From NCBI GenBank assembly GCA_024137785.1, contig JAHRHZ010000095.1, forward strand, positions 10,356,203-10,420,202: 64,000 bases of DNA, written 5' to 3'. Below, piece after piece: positions 21,371 to 35,313 of the stretch (position 1 is the stretch's first letter; each line of letters starts with the position of its first letter). The stretch is from Ginglymostoma cirratum. Lineage: Eukaryota. The translations under genes were made by a program, and so were the position numbers. Under the pieces are notes generated by a model that did no database searches, was not told the origin of the DNA, and saw only the letters and a program-made list of their open reading frames with translations.

Positions 21371-23141
21371 TTTTCTCTTGGAGCCTTATCATATCAGCAA
21401 CAACTCATTCATGTATCACTTGGAACATATTCCGAAATATTTCAACATTTGGGTGTTTAATTCGTATAAATGTGAGCCAATACCAGAAAATAATTTGAAT
21501 AATGTCGCTCAACAAGTTGATGCAATTCCAGCCATGTGCTCATTTAGATACCTCCACAAATGTTCACATAGTTGAAAGGGGCTGCATTACTGAAATGTCT
21601 TTGAGTGATTTATTTAAAGTTGTTTAATTGTGTTGCCTTCTAAGTGGTAAAATATACATTATGTACAATGTGAATACTTAAAGAACACAGTGGCTCGATC
21701 AATTTTTAAATGGTTTTTTTGAGGTGAAGCTGAGACCACTGGCCAAACAGTGGTGAGTCTTAACAGCCAGATTCTAAACAAGGCGTCGTACCTAAAATGC
21801 ATTGTCTGACCTGGGACGTCACCTCTGGTAAACCAAGGGAACGGATAAAATCTTGGGGGCAGTGACTTGAAAGAAATTTGGAAATTTGCATATTAATCCT
21901 TTCTTACTGACTAAAGATTCAACACAACACCAGTTACATGACCCTTTGATCTTTTGCTTTTAAATGCTGTGTCCAATGCCACCTCTCTCACTGACACCTG
22001 GAGGAGGAATGAACCTCTGAAAGGTTGTGTCTTCAAATAAGTCCGTGGTTTGGATTTTAGGTTTCACAATGGCAGAGCAGTGGTGTCCCCTAGTGGTAGC
22101 CCTGAGGACCTAACATGGCAGAGAATCTTAGGTCTCTGTCCCTGTCCTTTTGACATGTCTACCGTATGCATATGCTCAAAATGCTTGATTTGTGTCTTAA
22201 CTTTTTTTTAGAAAATATGAAAGAAAGTGAAGCATTAGTTTTGAGCCTGAACTTTACACACTGTTAAATTTGCCCTTTCATAAGCACTTCATAAATGGTT
22301 ACAATTAATCTCAGACTGTGACACTTTGCTAGCAGTTACAATGAACCTCTCTGCCTCTAGCAAGCCACAGACACAAATAGACTGGCCAGATGAGCAGCAA
22401 ACAATTACAACCAAGCTATAGATGGTCCTTCAGCAACATCAGAGAAAGTACTTCTCCAAAAGTTACATGCAGAACTCTACAATAAAGTCCAGAAACGCTG
22501 GAAATATTCAGCCAGCCTGGCAGCATCTGTGAGAGTGTCAGTTAATATTTCAGGATGTAACTTTTCGTCAGGAGGACTAAGCTGAAATTTGAGACAATTC
22601 CTTTAATCCAACAGCAGAAATTATTTCATGGGAAAATGCAAGCCTACGTGCAAATTAGGACCAGGCGAAGTCCATTTGGCCCTTTAAACCTGATATGATT
22701 GTGGTATCAAGTGCAGTTTCCTGCCAGTTGTTGATACTTTTTGACTCCCTTGTTAATCAAGAACCTCTCTACCTCTGTCCTAAAAATATTCAGTGAGCCC
22801 GCCTCCACTGTTCTGTGTAGAACAGTGAGTTCCAGATTCAAAACCTAAGAGGGGAAAAAAAAAATTCCTCCTCATCTCCATCTTTAAATGTGTCCCCTGG
22901 TTCTAGTCTCTCCTGTAAGTGGAATCATTCTTTCAGCGACAGTCCTCTCTCAAGTCCCCTCAGGGTCTTGTACATATCAGTAAAATCAACTCTCATCCTT
23001 CTGAAGACCAACAGACAAAAGTATTTTTATTTTGTATGTTTTGATCTCAAAGTGCTGCTGATGAATTAATTTGACAGCCTTGAATATAACTAAGCTGTCT
23101 CCTATTAATGGCAAGTCTGTTCTGTTATTTTTCCCATTCAG

Positions 23142-23259
23142 CTACCTGTGTTTCCGGTTACTTGGTGCAGTATTACCGCTCCTAACATTGCCCCAACTTA
23201 AACTTGTTCTCACGGGAGAGGTGATGCGACAGTATGGGAACCACGTGGTTTCAGCTCAG
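23142..23259 (+). CDS. MYBBP1A: MYBBP1A exon (~8), YLCFRLLGAVLPLL...YGNHVVSAQ
   Basis: cccattcag| acceptor, |gtatgg donor, 118 nt, phase 2-0. Confidence 0.94.
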
Positions 23260-23699
23260 GTATGGCCCAACTTTGTTTCGTGGTTTAGAAATTCTACACT
23301 GAAGATGTGTTGTACTTTTCATCACCTTAGAATACCCCAAAGCACTTTACAGCTGAATATTTATGAAATGAAATGACTCTTGAAATGTAGGAAATGCAGC
23401 ATGCGCTTGCATACAGTGAGATCCCTCTCAGCATCTATCCTGCTAAGTCCATTAAGAATCCTACATGTTTCAATGATGTTGCCTCTTCTTCTAAAATCCA
23501 GTGAGTACAAGTCCAACCTACTCAACTTCTGCTTTCGGAAAGTTCCTGCAAACCCAAATCACATAGTGAACCTTCTCTGGATTAACTGCAGTGCTGTCCA
23601 AAAGATGTCCTCTTCATGACAGTCTATGTTGATTCCATGGTCACAATTACTGTTGTACGGGACAAATGCAAACGCAGTTTTGACTAAGGAGTATTGACT

Positions 23700-24155
23700 A
23701 TTAAACTAGAGAGGGTTTAGAAGAGATTTACCAGAATCTTGCCATATATGGACGGTTTGAGTTATAAACAAAGGCTGGGACTTTTTCCCACTGGAGCGTA
23801 GAGTGTTGAGAGTTGACCTTAGAGGTTCATAAAATCATGACAGATATGGGTAGGGTTAATGGTAGGTGTCTTTTCCGTAGGATGGGAGATTTCAAGACTA
23901 GGCAGCATATTTTTAAGGTGAGAGGAGAGAGATTTTAAAATGATGTGAGGCAAATATTTTACACAGAGGGTGGCTCGCATGTGGAATGAACTTCCTGAGG
24001 AAGTGATGGATTTGGGCACAGTTACAATGTTTAAAAGACATTTGGATGAGTACATGAATGGGAAAGGTTTGGAGAGGTATGGGTCAGGAGCAGACAGGTG
24101 GGACTGTGTTCAGCATGGACTGCTTGGACCAAAGGGCCTGTTAGCTTGACTCTTA
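23700..24155 (+). mobile_element. CR1 LINE 3' fragment (same subfamily as 20478-21370)
   Basis: agaagagatttaccag...gggagatttcaagactagg...ggaccaaagggcctgtt. Confidence 0.85.
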
Positions 24156-24804
24156 TGATGGTTGAAATTCTAGATCTTGAGAAGGGCCATAGCAATTACC
24201 TATCATTGTGCACTTAAATGGTCTGTGGTAGCTTGTGGCTATCTGAAGATTGAGGCTCAGAGCCAGCATTACTCATTCTGCTAAATCTTCAGAGTTTCAA
24301 ACAAGTCTAGAGTTTTCTCTTGATAATTGCAAAGCATAACTGGGTGATAGTGTACCTGAACTAGTAACCCCCAACCTCAGGCTAATGGTTAAAACCTACC
24401 ATGACACCAGGGGAAGATTTAAATTCAGATAATATAAATCTGAAATTGAAAACTAGCCTCAGTAATCATCATAAAGAAGGCATTTTTTGCAGTGTGTATA
24501 CTTAACAAGATTTAACTAAGTTATTTTGTTTGACTGTCAATTTTGAGGACTTTTAACTCCCTCAATAAATAATTTTTCACACTTGGGAGATTGGAAGGTG
24601 GTGTCAATATTGTGTGTGGTAACATGTGAGTTTCACAAGAGCACAGAGTGAGTAAAATGCCCCTTCTATTTTAGTCAATGACAATAGAATGCCATTAATT
24701 AGGTGGGAATAACTGTCTTGATTTAATGCATGTCCTCTCTAAATCACAAGCCTACTGTTTGAACCTGTCCAATTTGCCTCTTGCCCATCCATGAAGAATT
24801 TACG

Positions 24805-25165
24805 GAGAGGTGGTAAAGGCGTGGCCGTATACCTGAATTAGTAGTCCGAAGACTCTGACGATATAGATTCAATCCCACCCTAGCAGCTGGAAAAAATTGA
24901 ATTCAATGTTAAAAAAAAAAAATCATCTGGAATATAAAGCTAGCATCAGTAATGGTGACCATGACACCACCATCAATTGTCATAAAAACCCATCTTGTTC
25001 ATTAATGTCCTTTCACGAAGGAAGCTGTCGTCCTTACTTGGCCTGGCCTACATGTGACTCCATACCCACGTTAATGCGCTAGAATGTTAAAATGCCCTCT
25101 GAAATGGCCTAGCAAGCCACTCTAGTTCATGGGAAGTTAGGGATGAGGGATAAATGCTGGTCCTG
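24805..25165 (+). mobile_element. tRNA-derived SINE
   Basis: B-box-like gattcaatccc, body aaaacccatc..ttcattaatgtccttt, tail ttagggatg..ataaatgctgg; related to 45405-45761. Confidence 0.6.
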
Positions 25166-28100
25166 TCACCCTGTGGAAGAATAAATAACTTAATAAAAAC
25201 ATAGGACCACATCCTTGCTTGGCCTTCCTACCTGACTATACTGGTTCACTGCTATTTCGGTGCAACTTGAGATGGTCAGCCTTGCCAGTAATGCCCAGAT
25301 CCCCAGAAGGAATGAAAAAGTGCAATTCAAAGCTCACAAACATTATGAAAAGTAGGGAAAGACCAGCTGAAACCAGAAATAATGGTTAGACAATGTCGTG
25401 AGTTTGGGAATGCCTGTACATAAGTGAGTACCTTAAAATTCTAATCAATTTGGGAAGTTCTGTGGTTTTGGAACTCTGAATTAGTTTGAAGTTGGAGGAA
25501 GGGCATTGGGTCCTTATTTCTCAACAGCTTGGTGGATTTGTTTGGACAATGGGAAAGCTCAGAGGACAACTGACTTATAAATGGAGGAAAGTGTATTAGA
25601 AAAGCTGAAGGGAAATATTTGGAGTTTGGTTGGAGGCCACCAGTGCAGCATTTCTTTACAATTTGCAGCAACCCACCCTTTATAATGTATTTCCTTTCTC
25701 TTTCCAAGAGACAGCATACAGACTGTGGTATAATTACAGATTCAGGGTAGTGACTTGTGAAGATCTTCAATGACCTTTATAGAAATTAGCATAAGGCAGC
25801 TGCCTTTTAACTTCCTTTGTGACTCTCTCACTGAAATGTGTGTTTTTGCATCGTCCCTGCAAACTCTGCCTATGACCTGCACTAACTGTCAATCCACTGG
25901 CCTCTTGTGGCCTGAGATCCGAGTTAGCGAAGCGTCCAGGAAGTAAGTGATGATAATCTGGTTGCTGCAGTAGCTGCTGGTTAACCAATGAGATCCTCCT
26001 GCTGAAACTGCCTCACCAGTGTGGTTACAGCCTGTGTGGCTGAAGTGTAAAACTGTGAGGAGACAGTTGCTTCAATTGACACACAGCAGAACAGAGAATG
26101 TTTTATTGAGGGCCTCTAGGAGTACACCTTGCATTAAAGGAAATGGACCCCCTTCCTGTCAGTCTTTACAATGCTGTGGCCGCAAAATAGGGTTCCCTGT
26201 ACAGCAAGGAGCTGACATGAAATAGACAGGTCATATAGGCAGTGTGGAATTGGTTTCCTTTTCTTAAATACTCAATAAAGAAGTTGTTGGCAAGGGTCTG
26301 CTTCCCAGAAAATAAAAATAAAAATCTAATACAGTCTTCTTCCTCTTGATGTTGGAATCTCGGAACAGGGCTTCCCAAAGTGGGAATCAGAGCCCCAAGT
26401 AGGACCATGAAATCTGAGGTAGCAATGGCCAAACCCCTCTTTGCTCTAATAAGTCCCTCCCCACTGCTCATTGAGGAACCACAAAAATTTTTAAGCCTTG
26501 GAATGAGGTCGCAATGGGGGAAAAGGAATGTTTGGAAAGCATTGATCTAGATTAACTTCTGTCCGTCAGCTCAAAACCTTCACGTCTCTGAATTGTCACT
26601 CTGTTTATTGGACTTCCAGTAGTGGGTGAGCAAAACTTTGATCCAGTTAGATTTTTAGGAGACCAAAATCATTGCCTTCAGCCTCCACTCCCGTTCGTGA
26701 GCCACTGACTCTCTCCCTCTCTGTGAACCAGCCTGACTGAATCTCGGTGACATGATTGTCCCTTAGATGAGATTTAAAATTGCGCATTTCACGCCGTCAC
26801 TCCATTCTCTACCTCTGTAACACCACCTGAGCTCTTCTGCTGCTAAAACCCTCTTTGCAACTTTGTTGCTGGCGTGATGATCTTTTCCTTTGTGTTGTAT
26901 ACAGTTTATGCTGTAGAAGCCAGCGCTCAGTGAACGTTATAGCATTAAGGGAACAGACCCTTCCAGAGGGCTGCTACATTTGACTGTTGGTTTATTAAAT
27001 TCAGTTCCACTTAACAATGAGGTGGGGCTATTACAAGTTTTCAAAGGATCCATTCAAAACCAGGTCAGGAGTGATTGAAGTTTGGTTAGTTTAAATAAAA
27101 TGACTGTGAGATTGAGGCAGTGTATGGTATAGGAAAGAATTGTTAGGCTTTGCTGCTGAGAAGGTGACTTAAGTCCACTGGGTTGTGGAGCCAGAGTGTC
27201 AGAAGAAGTTCTGGAAGTCAGCGAAGTGTTGAAGTTAGTCCTCAGGAAAAGTTATACAAGCAGGGATGATCAGTTGAAGCTCAGTGCCATTGATTGTTCA
27301 GGGCATGTGCGAATGAGGGTGAAGGAAACCCTCAGCATTATTTGCTTTGTGCAAATAAGCAAGATTAGAACACTCGAGATCCACCACATGGTACCAGTTG
27401 TCGCTGAAAAGCTGGATTTTGGCCTTTGAGTAAGAGCTGAGGTGCAGCTTTTAAATTCTCAGGAGAGACTGGGCGCAGGAAAGGAAGGTGTACCTCCATG
27501 ACATGAACAGTCAAAGCAGCAATCCATGTCAGAGTTTTTCTTGAAGTTTCAAAGCCAGGTGGCCACAGCTGAACAGTTGGATTCACTCATAATGTTTTAA
27601 TAAGGTTTGGTGAACCACTGTGTTACTAGTGTCTGGAGAATTTGAAAAATCCGTCAGACGTATCTTGATCACATTTGCTGTCTGATGTGATCTCTGGCAT
27701 ATTTGACCATAGTCTGTTACATTCATTTGTCTCAGTTAATTTTGGGATTTTAGAGTCTAAGCCATATCTATTTTATACAGTTTAATGTTTGCAACAATCT
27801 TGTTCTTTAGCTAAAGATAAAACTAAGATAAAACCAGATATAGTCTTAAAGGTGTACAATTAACCATGTTATCACCTTGGTAAAATTAAAATTCCTGATG
27901 ACCAGAGGAGTAGGCCTAAAAAGGAATCTGCACATACCTCCATCCTCAATCGGAAGCATACATTTGACTATTCCTATGTACTCCCGGCCAGCTTCCCACA
28001 TTCTATCTTCGATAACCTTTGATACAAAACTCTGCTCATGTCTTTACGCCAAGTCTTAATCATGCATCACCACTTTATCGGTTCATGTTTGTTTGTTTGT

Positions 28101-28222
28101 TTGTTCCTGGGTAAGTAATCTATTTTTGTATAGTTTTATGCCCACATCCTTGAGTTTGGGTTTAAGGCAGGCTAGTTGAGAAGAAGGCAAGGTCAAGAAC
28201 TCTCTTCAGGCTTGGGCTTATG

Positions 28223-28303
28223 CCCATCAGCCATGATTAAATGGCAGAGTGGATGGCCGAATGGCCTTACTTCCACTCCTTTGTCTTATGGTCTTATGGT
28301 CTT
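28223..28303 (+). mobile_element. Short CR1 3' tail
   Basis: Matches the end of the 6147-6877 element; terminates in tcttatggtcttatggtctta. Confidence 0.75.
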
Positions 28304-30477
28304 ATTTTTAACACGGTTTATTACAAAGTAAGACTAAATATTATGGTTTATGACAATCAGAGATGTACCAGGCTCTCATCTTAATGTTATGTTAGCTAAA
28401 GACTGTTTGATGAACTCCACTACCTAATGTTAGTCAACCCATGCTCGATGTGTTTAGAAAGTTTACGCAGCTAGTCTTCAAGCTTCTGCCCAGCTCTTGA
28501 TGTGTGTTTCTTGCTTGTTTTTCTTAATTCCGTGTCCACTGTTCTATTTATGTCCAATGAGGAGCAGCTCCATTGCATCATCACAAGGTTCCTCCGGGGA
28601 CCTGAAGCCTTTGCACAACAAGTAACTCTGTTCATGTCCTTTTATTTGATGTCTTCACTTCCTCCATTTCTGTAATCTTCTCCAGCTGTACAGCTTTCTG
28701 CAAAGTCTATACTCCTCAATTTCAGGCTTCTTGAGCATCTTGAGTTTTAATTGCTTCACCTTTGACAACATATCACCAACTTCAAGGCTTTGATATCTGA
28801 AATTCTCTCCTCCTTTTTCCTCCTTTGAGTGCTCCTTGACATCTCCCTCTTAAACGAAGAAACCAAAAGGTGAGAAGCTGGCCTGAAGACCATTGAAATA
28901 GCCGAGTGAACTGCGAGGAAACCCTAGTTTTCAGTGCAGTGCTGTACTGCAGAAGTGGGGCTTACGACGACTTGCTGTCAGTCATTTAAAATTCCCGCTT
29001 CTTTGAGCACTCAAATTTTGAGTGGGTAAAGGATGACCTCTGTCCCAAATGCAGCCTCCTGATTGAACTTTTTCACAACTACGTGTGTATTTGGAGCGCA
29101 TGAAAACATGCAAGCCCATACTTCACACGATGCAGAAATTGTCACTTTAAAATTCTGTATTTCCCTCCAGTGAAGTATTGCAGTAAATCTACCCAAAGTG
29201 CCCCTCGAAACCACCTTCCAGTCCACTTTGTTGCCTTTGTCACCCATTGACTCTCTTGGTCTCTTTCTCGATGTGCTAACTCTCCCTCTCACTGCATCCT
29301 GCTGCTTGCTCACCTCATCTACTGTGCATTCCCCACTGCCCCACTTGCCAATGCACACTTTGTCATTCCTGTTTTGTCCACTCACAATTAGTACATTAAT
29401 GAGTTGCACCAATCTTGGAAGTTTATAATGCTTGCATTTTTCAAACTGTTCAACATTCCAGCATTGCTCCCTTGCTGTGGTGAGGCTTCTGGGTGCAGCA
29501 AGAAATTTTTTAAAAACTTGTCCTTTCAAAGCAACATTCACAACCTCAAGATATCCCAAAGTACTTTTGAACTGTAGCCGCAGTAGTAATGTGGGAAACA
29601 ACCAGTGCAATGTTGGTCATGGGATATAGATTGGCTAACAGCGTTGCATACCTTCAGTGCCAGTTTAAGTATTGTGTTCATTTTTTGGAGTGGAGCTACT
29701 GCTAAGCCAAAGCTAGCAAGTTGCTTAATGTAAAAAGGAGTGTATAATCTATGGAGGAAAGTAACTCGTGCACAAAGACGTTAATTTCATTTGCAGTCAA
29801 GTCTCACCCGACACTGATGGCCAGATAAACAATCTGGGGCCAAGCATAACAGCCACAGAGAAGGGAGTGAGTTTGAAAAGGAATTTGTTCAGGCCCAGAA
29901 CATGGATTCTTTGACACTTCTTGCCAGCCCCTAATTGTATAACCATTGCCTTGCTGCTTCTGTATGAGGCAAATACTCACCCATGTAATTGGACTGTTGC
30001 TGGTCTTACAATAAAAGCACCCTGGGCTCAACTGGCTGACCTTTTGCATTAAGTGCTGCTCCAGGAAGTCATCTCTATTTTGTGGCTATGTAGAGGCCTA
30101 CATTAACTGAACTTGTGGTTTATTTTTAACTGCCGACTGTCCCGTAAGCTGCATTACACTTTTCTTCACAACTTTATTTTTTAACTGCACTGAGCAGTTT
30201 GAATAGTTGTATAGTAGAAGTAAGTACAAAATTCTGTGGTTCTGTTGGATAGAAGAAATTTTTTTTTCAAAAAAAGGGGCTCCAGAGTTGACAAAGTCCC
30301 TCAGTTTAAGACCTGAAGTCTTCAGTTTCTTTTCCAGTCAACCAAAGGTTCAGCTGTGCAGACTGGCCCAAAGAAATGGTTCCAATTTCTGCTGTGGTCT
30401 GTAGGTGGAATGGAGTGTAGTAGTGAGCAGAGCAGCTCTGCAGTAATACGTCCCATGTGGGTTTTTTTAAAAAATCA

Positions 30478-30730
30478 TCATAGAATCCCTACAGTGTGGA
30501 AACAGGCCATTTGGCCCATCAAGTCCACACCAACCTTCTGAAGAGTGTCCGACACAATCCCTGTAACCCTACATTTCCCATGGCCAATCCACCTAACCTG
30601 CACATCTTTGGACTGTGGGAGGAAACCAGAGCACCCGGAGGAAGTACACGCAGACACGAGGAGGGTGTGCAAACTCCACACCCAGGTCCCTGGCACTGTG
30701 GGGCAACAGTGCTAACCACTGAGCCATCAT
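30478..30730 (-). mobile_element. HE1-like (elasmobranch V-SINE type) SINE
   Basis: Minus strand: tggctcagtggttagcactg head, V-domain-like ggtgctctggtttcctcccacagtccaaagatgtgcaggttaggtggattggccat, CR1-like tail ctgtagggattctatga. Confidence 0.75.
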
Positions 30731-31252
30731 ACTGCCCTCTTCAGTTCTTTTAAAAATAACCTATCTACCTCTGCCCTGCCAGATTACTCACCTGACGTTC
30801 CAACATAAGTGTACTGAGATTTTGTCCAATTAGTTATTGGAGTGTCCAAAATCTTTGTCGTCAGGCTGCACCACAACTTTATTCCCCTGGCCACCATCTG
30901 ACCCTAACTCAGGCTGATCTTCCATACTGACCCTGGGCTAAGCTTCTGACCACACATCCTTGTTATCATTAAGCTGGTCCACTTTTACATATGTGCTATT
31001 AGCTGGATCCATTGATCCCGCCCTCAGTCACTATGTCCAGCACATCCTCCTAATATCATATTCTGTGGTCCACGGTTGATTTTTTTTTTGATTTACACTG
31101 CTGTCTTGGGAATATTTCTACTTTAAAAGTGGCTCTATAGGTGGGTCATCTCGGATGTGTCCACATTTTGTCCTCCGGAATGTAATGCAGCATTGTGCCA
31201 AATGGACCTGTGGATGGGGATCAGATCATTAACTACAACATTTCTCTTTCAG

Positions 31253-31539
31253 GTGCCAGACAGGTTCAAGTTTGCACCAGAAATGGAGACCTACGTTGAC
31301 TCCTTTCTTGAAAGCACCCAGGATGCTGAGAAGCAGTTCACAGTAATTACCAAGTTCTCGTGCCTCACTAACCAGGGTTACCCTGTGATTCCTAGCTATT
31401 GGAAAGTGATCCGTCACTTACAGCCCTCAGTTTTATTGAACTATGTCAATTGGCTGAAAAATATGTTCATTAATCCAGACCTTGAAGCCTGCTTGGATTT
31501 CAGCACCAAACGACAAGAGGACAAGCAACGACCTGGCCT
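31253..31539 (+). CDS. MYBBP1A: MYBBP1A exon (~9), VPDRFKFAPEMETYV...LDFSTKRQEDKQRPG
   Basis: ctctttcag| acceptor, CT|gtaagt donor, 287 nt, phase 0-2. Confidence 0.95.
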
Positions 31540-31552
31540 GTAAGTTGTGCAG

Positions 31553-32200
31553 TAGTGATTGATTTTGTCATGTGTAGCGAAATACAGTGAAAAGCTTTGT
31601 TTACAGCAGTACAGGCAGATCACAGCAAGCAAAGGATGTACAGATCAAAAAGACTTAGAGGCATTGCAGGTTACAGTATTGAGACTAGAGTCCGTTCAAC
31701 AGTCTGATAACGTTCGGAAAGAAGCAGTTCCTCAACCTGCTCGTGCGTGTGTTCAGGCTTCTGTATCTTCTGCCTGACGGAAGAGTCTGTAAGAGGTCAT
31801 TACCGGGGTGTGATGGGTCTTTGATGTTGGTCACCTTTCTGTGGCAGTGAGCCATGTAAATAGAGTCCATGGATGAAAGGTTGGCTTCCATGATGGGTGT
31901 GGTGTGCCCAGCCCAGACACCTTCTGTAGTTTCTTTCTGTCGGGCAGAGCAGTTTCCGCATCCGGACAGTACGCTTTCAGTGGTGCATCTGTAGAAGTTG
32001 GTGAGGGACCTTATGGACATGCCAAATTTCCTGAGCCGCTTGAGGAAGAAGAGGCACTGTTGTACCTTCTTGGCTGTCGCACTTACATGGGATGTCCAGG
32101 ACAGGTCGTTGGTTATCGTCATTCTGAGGAACTTGACCCTCTTCACTCTCTCAGCCTCAGTTCTGTTGATGTAGATGGGGGTATGTTCACTGGACCACCC
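31553..32200 (-). mobile_element. Rex1/Babar-type LINE 3' fragment
   Basis: ORF 31685..32203 KFLRMTITNDLSWTSH..AKKVQQCLFFLKRLRKFG..LPSGRRYRSLNTRTSRLRNCFFP. Confidence 0.85.
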
Positions 32201-33539
32201 CATAATACCACATTTAAACAGGAGATGCCACTAGATGACTGCAGAGCCAAGCTTGCTATTGGCATGAAGTCCTGTGACTGTCTCAGTTTGGATCATTCAA
32301 GAGGGATCATTCTCTCCTCCAGCCGTTCACATCGCTGAGATAACACACTTGTCTAACTCTGGCTGTTTCACCATAACCAGGTTCAGCCACGCTGTCAGTT
32401 ATTAGTCCCAAACAGGGTGACCAGCTCTCAGTTAAGAAAATAAGCAGCAGCTTGGTCAGGCCATGGGAGGCTGGGGTATAGGGGATGGGATTGTTGTTGA
32501 GACCCCTGGATTAAACCATTCATGAGTGCATCTGCATGTGCATGAATATCAAAGATCAATTGAAGAGAGTCAGATGAAGTGATGTGGCAGCTGTGCCGTC
32601 AACATAAAGTCATCTAAAACCAAATAAGTCATTTGTATATCTGATCAATTCAAATTTCAGACTCCCTGTAATACGTACCTATGTTCAAACTGATGAAGGA
32701 TGCAGAAAAATCAGATTGGAGGAGTCAGAATTCCTAATTGAGATCAAATTTTATTGAGTGTTTGGTTCAAAAGTAAGAAACCATCCCACCCCCCAGATTG
32801 TAAGATGGTAGATAAAATCAAAGCCAGTTAGTTAACCTGGCCCCAAGCTCCCAAATACCAATCCTACAATTTACCACCTCTCTCCACTGTTCCTTGCTTC
32901 CCTCCGTAAAGGCAGGATGTCCCAATGTGCGGCTGAGGAGCCCAAGGCACGCAGCCTTTCCCCCACCCCTCTACCTCTTCCTCCTACTTGGGGGTTGAGA
33001 CAGATTTCAAGTCCCAAAATAAGGTCATGGGAGTAACAAAAACAGAAATTGCTGGAAAAGCTCGGCAAGTCTGCCAGCATCTCTGGAGAGAAATCAGGGT
33101 TAACGCATCCCATAAGACTATGGAGGCCGAGTTGTCTATATTTAACAAAGAAATTCATTTTGCAATACTGAAGGCATCAAGGGGTATGGGGAGAACTCAA
33201 AAATGTGACATTGGAGGTGGGTGTTCATATTATCAATAATCATATTGACTGAAAGGAGCAGACTTGATCGGCTGAATGGCCTGCTGCTATTCCTGTTTTC
33301 TACATTGCTAAAGAGGGGTATGGCACATCAGATGCCCCTTTACACCTCAGCTAATTATCTTTGCCGTAATTTCAAAATGGGTGGTGAAAACAAAATGGCC
33401 AGCTGGTGCCTTTTTTTGCCCCCTTGCAAACCTTGGAACCTACTGTAGTTAATCGTAAATGAACAGCATGGATTTTAAATTCAGCCAAGCTGAGAAAGGT
33501 GTATGTATAAGAGGCTTGAAGATGCAATGAACAGGGTGG

Positions 33540-33925
33540 TTGAATGATTATCTTCCACTGGAGTTTAGAAATTAGAGAGGGGACTTCATTGAAACTTAAC
33601 ATTCTGACAGGGCTGGCAGTTTGGATACAGGGATGATTTTCCTCTGGCTGGGGTTCAAAACAAGGCATCATAGTTTTCAAGATATTTGATAAGCTATTTT
33701 TGGACTAAATGAGAAATTTCTTCACTAAATGGTGAACCTGTAGAATTCTCTACCACAGAAGTACGCAGAGGTGAGGTCAAAAAATGATCTCTGGACGCTA
33801 AACGACTCAAGGGGAGTGGGGAGAGCACAGGAATATGGCATTGAGATCGAGATCACCCATGATTATGTTGAAATATGGAGTGGGCTTGACAGACCGAATG
33901 GCCTGCTCTTGTTCCTATTTTCCAC
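33540..33925 (+). mobile_element. CR1 LINE 3' fragment
   Basis: tccactggagtttagaa..agaggggacttcattgaaac..ccgaatggcctgctcttgttcct; related piece at 33110-33300. Confidence 0.7.
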
Positions 33926-34059
33926 GTATCCGTGGTTCCTCCCCCCACTCCCATGACGGATTGCTTTTGGGCCTGTTGGCTATCTTTCTGACAGCTGTAA
34001 AAGTGCTTTGGTATGTCATGCTGAAACTGTTCGAATTGACTCTCCCTGATATTTTACAG

Positions 34060-34170
34060 AATGCAACACTCGGTGACAAGGCTGCGAATGTGGATTGTTG
34101 CACGGCTCACCTCAATTGTGGATAATAATCAAGTGAGGAAAGAGGAAGACCTGGTTATGGACATTACCAG
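34060..34170 (+). CDS. MYBBP1A: MYBBP1A exon (~10), MQHSVTRLRMWIVARLTSIVDNNQVRKEEDLVMDITR
   Basis: ttttacag| acceptor, AG|gtcaga donor, 111 nt, phase 2-2. Confidence 0.92.
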
Positions 34171-34770
34171 GTCAGAAGGCAAAGCATGAGGCTGTACATA
34201 ATGTAGCTTCTCAGGACTTGCTACTATAAATTTTACTACCTCAATTTCAACTTATTCATTTCTGAGAGCTCATAGTGGCTATGAATATGGCCAGGGGCAG
34301 CAGGTCAAGTACCAAGTTGATCTGATATCTTGTATCTGAGCTGTTTCGTGTTCTGTCTTATTCGGTGATGGGGGAGGTGACCGGACCTACGTCTAGGCTG
34401 CTTCCCAGTTGATGAGATGCAAACCTTTCTTTTACTGAACTGTAAAGGTATTTGTCATCATGGATTTAGGTCTCAGCAGTTATCTTGGCTAGGGCACAAA
34501 GCTAACTATGTGCAAAGACCATTTTCACCAACAAAGTACCTGGAGAAAAGGCCAGGCTGCTGCTAAGTTCACTTAGTAGCAGTTGCCTCCGGTGATGATA
34601 TTGATAGTGCTCAGGGATGGGATTTCAGAGGGATATGGGACAAAGGCAAGCAAGTGGGACTAGTTTACGTTGGGAAATTTGGTCAGCATGGACAAGTTGG
34701 ACTGAAGGGTCTCTTTCCATGATTCTATGTTTCAAGCTAAGCTAATACCTTTCCATCTTTTTGGATCCAG

Positions 34771-34896
34771 ATTCATTTTCTTCCACACCTTCTTTGTGAC
34801 TGAACAGCAAACACCTGATATCCCAGAGACTGAGGCGACACTGACCATTCCTCTGAACCTAACCACCCGGAATGCAATTGCAAATTCTTTCTTTGG
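34771..34896 (+). CDS. MYBBP1A: MYBBP1A exon (~11), FIFFHTFFVTEQQTPDIPETE...IANSFFG
   Basis: ggatccag| acceptor, GG|gtaagc donor, 126 nt, phase 2-2. Confidence 0.93.
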
Positions 34897-35106
34897 GTAA
34901 GCTTTTAGAGACTTTGCTTTTGCACTTTGCGTCCTAAAAAATGCAGCCTTTATCTTTGTATTTCTGGATTTCCAGAGAGTTTAAAATTAATAAAACTTAG
35001 GAGATTACTTTTCACCTCTTCCTCCACATCATTGATGGCACATTGTTTAATATCCATGGTGACACATACTGCATAATCAAGACGTGTATGTTTTTGATAT
35101 CCCCAG

Positions 35107-35313
35107 TCTGTTGAACCATCTGAATTCCCTACCTCCACTGGGCAACTCCACTGAATCAGTTGGCCAGAATGAAAAACGCTTGCTGGGATTTACAGCAGAT
35201 GGAAAAATGTGGATCTACTCTGTGGTTTGTTACGCTGATTCCCTGCTGTCAAAGAAGGACTCCATCACACTTGTCCAACCCTTTACGCAAGAGCAGAGAG
35301 AGGCCTGGGACCG
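35107..35313 (+). CDS. MYBBP1A: MYBBP1A exon (~12), LLNHLNSLPP...PFTQEQREAWDR
   Basis: atccccag| acceptor, CG|gtatgt donor, 207 nt, phase 2-2. Confidence 0.92.

Noticed and set aside
25947-26005. GTGATGA...CTGA as a C/D snoRNA
   Set aside because: Short, no internal D'/C' boxes, no terminal stem; expected by chance
29011-29610. 199-aa minus-strand ORF
   Set aside because: No recognisable domain or splice structure; overlaps degenerate repeat-like sequence
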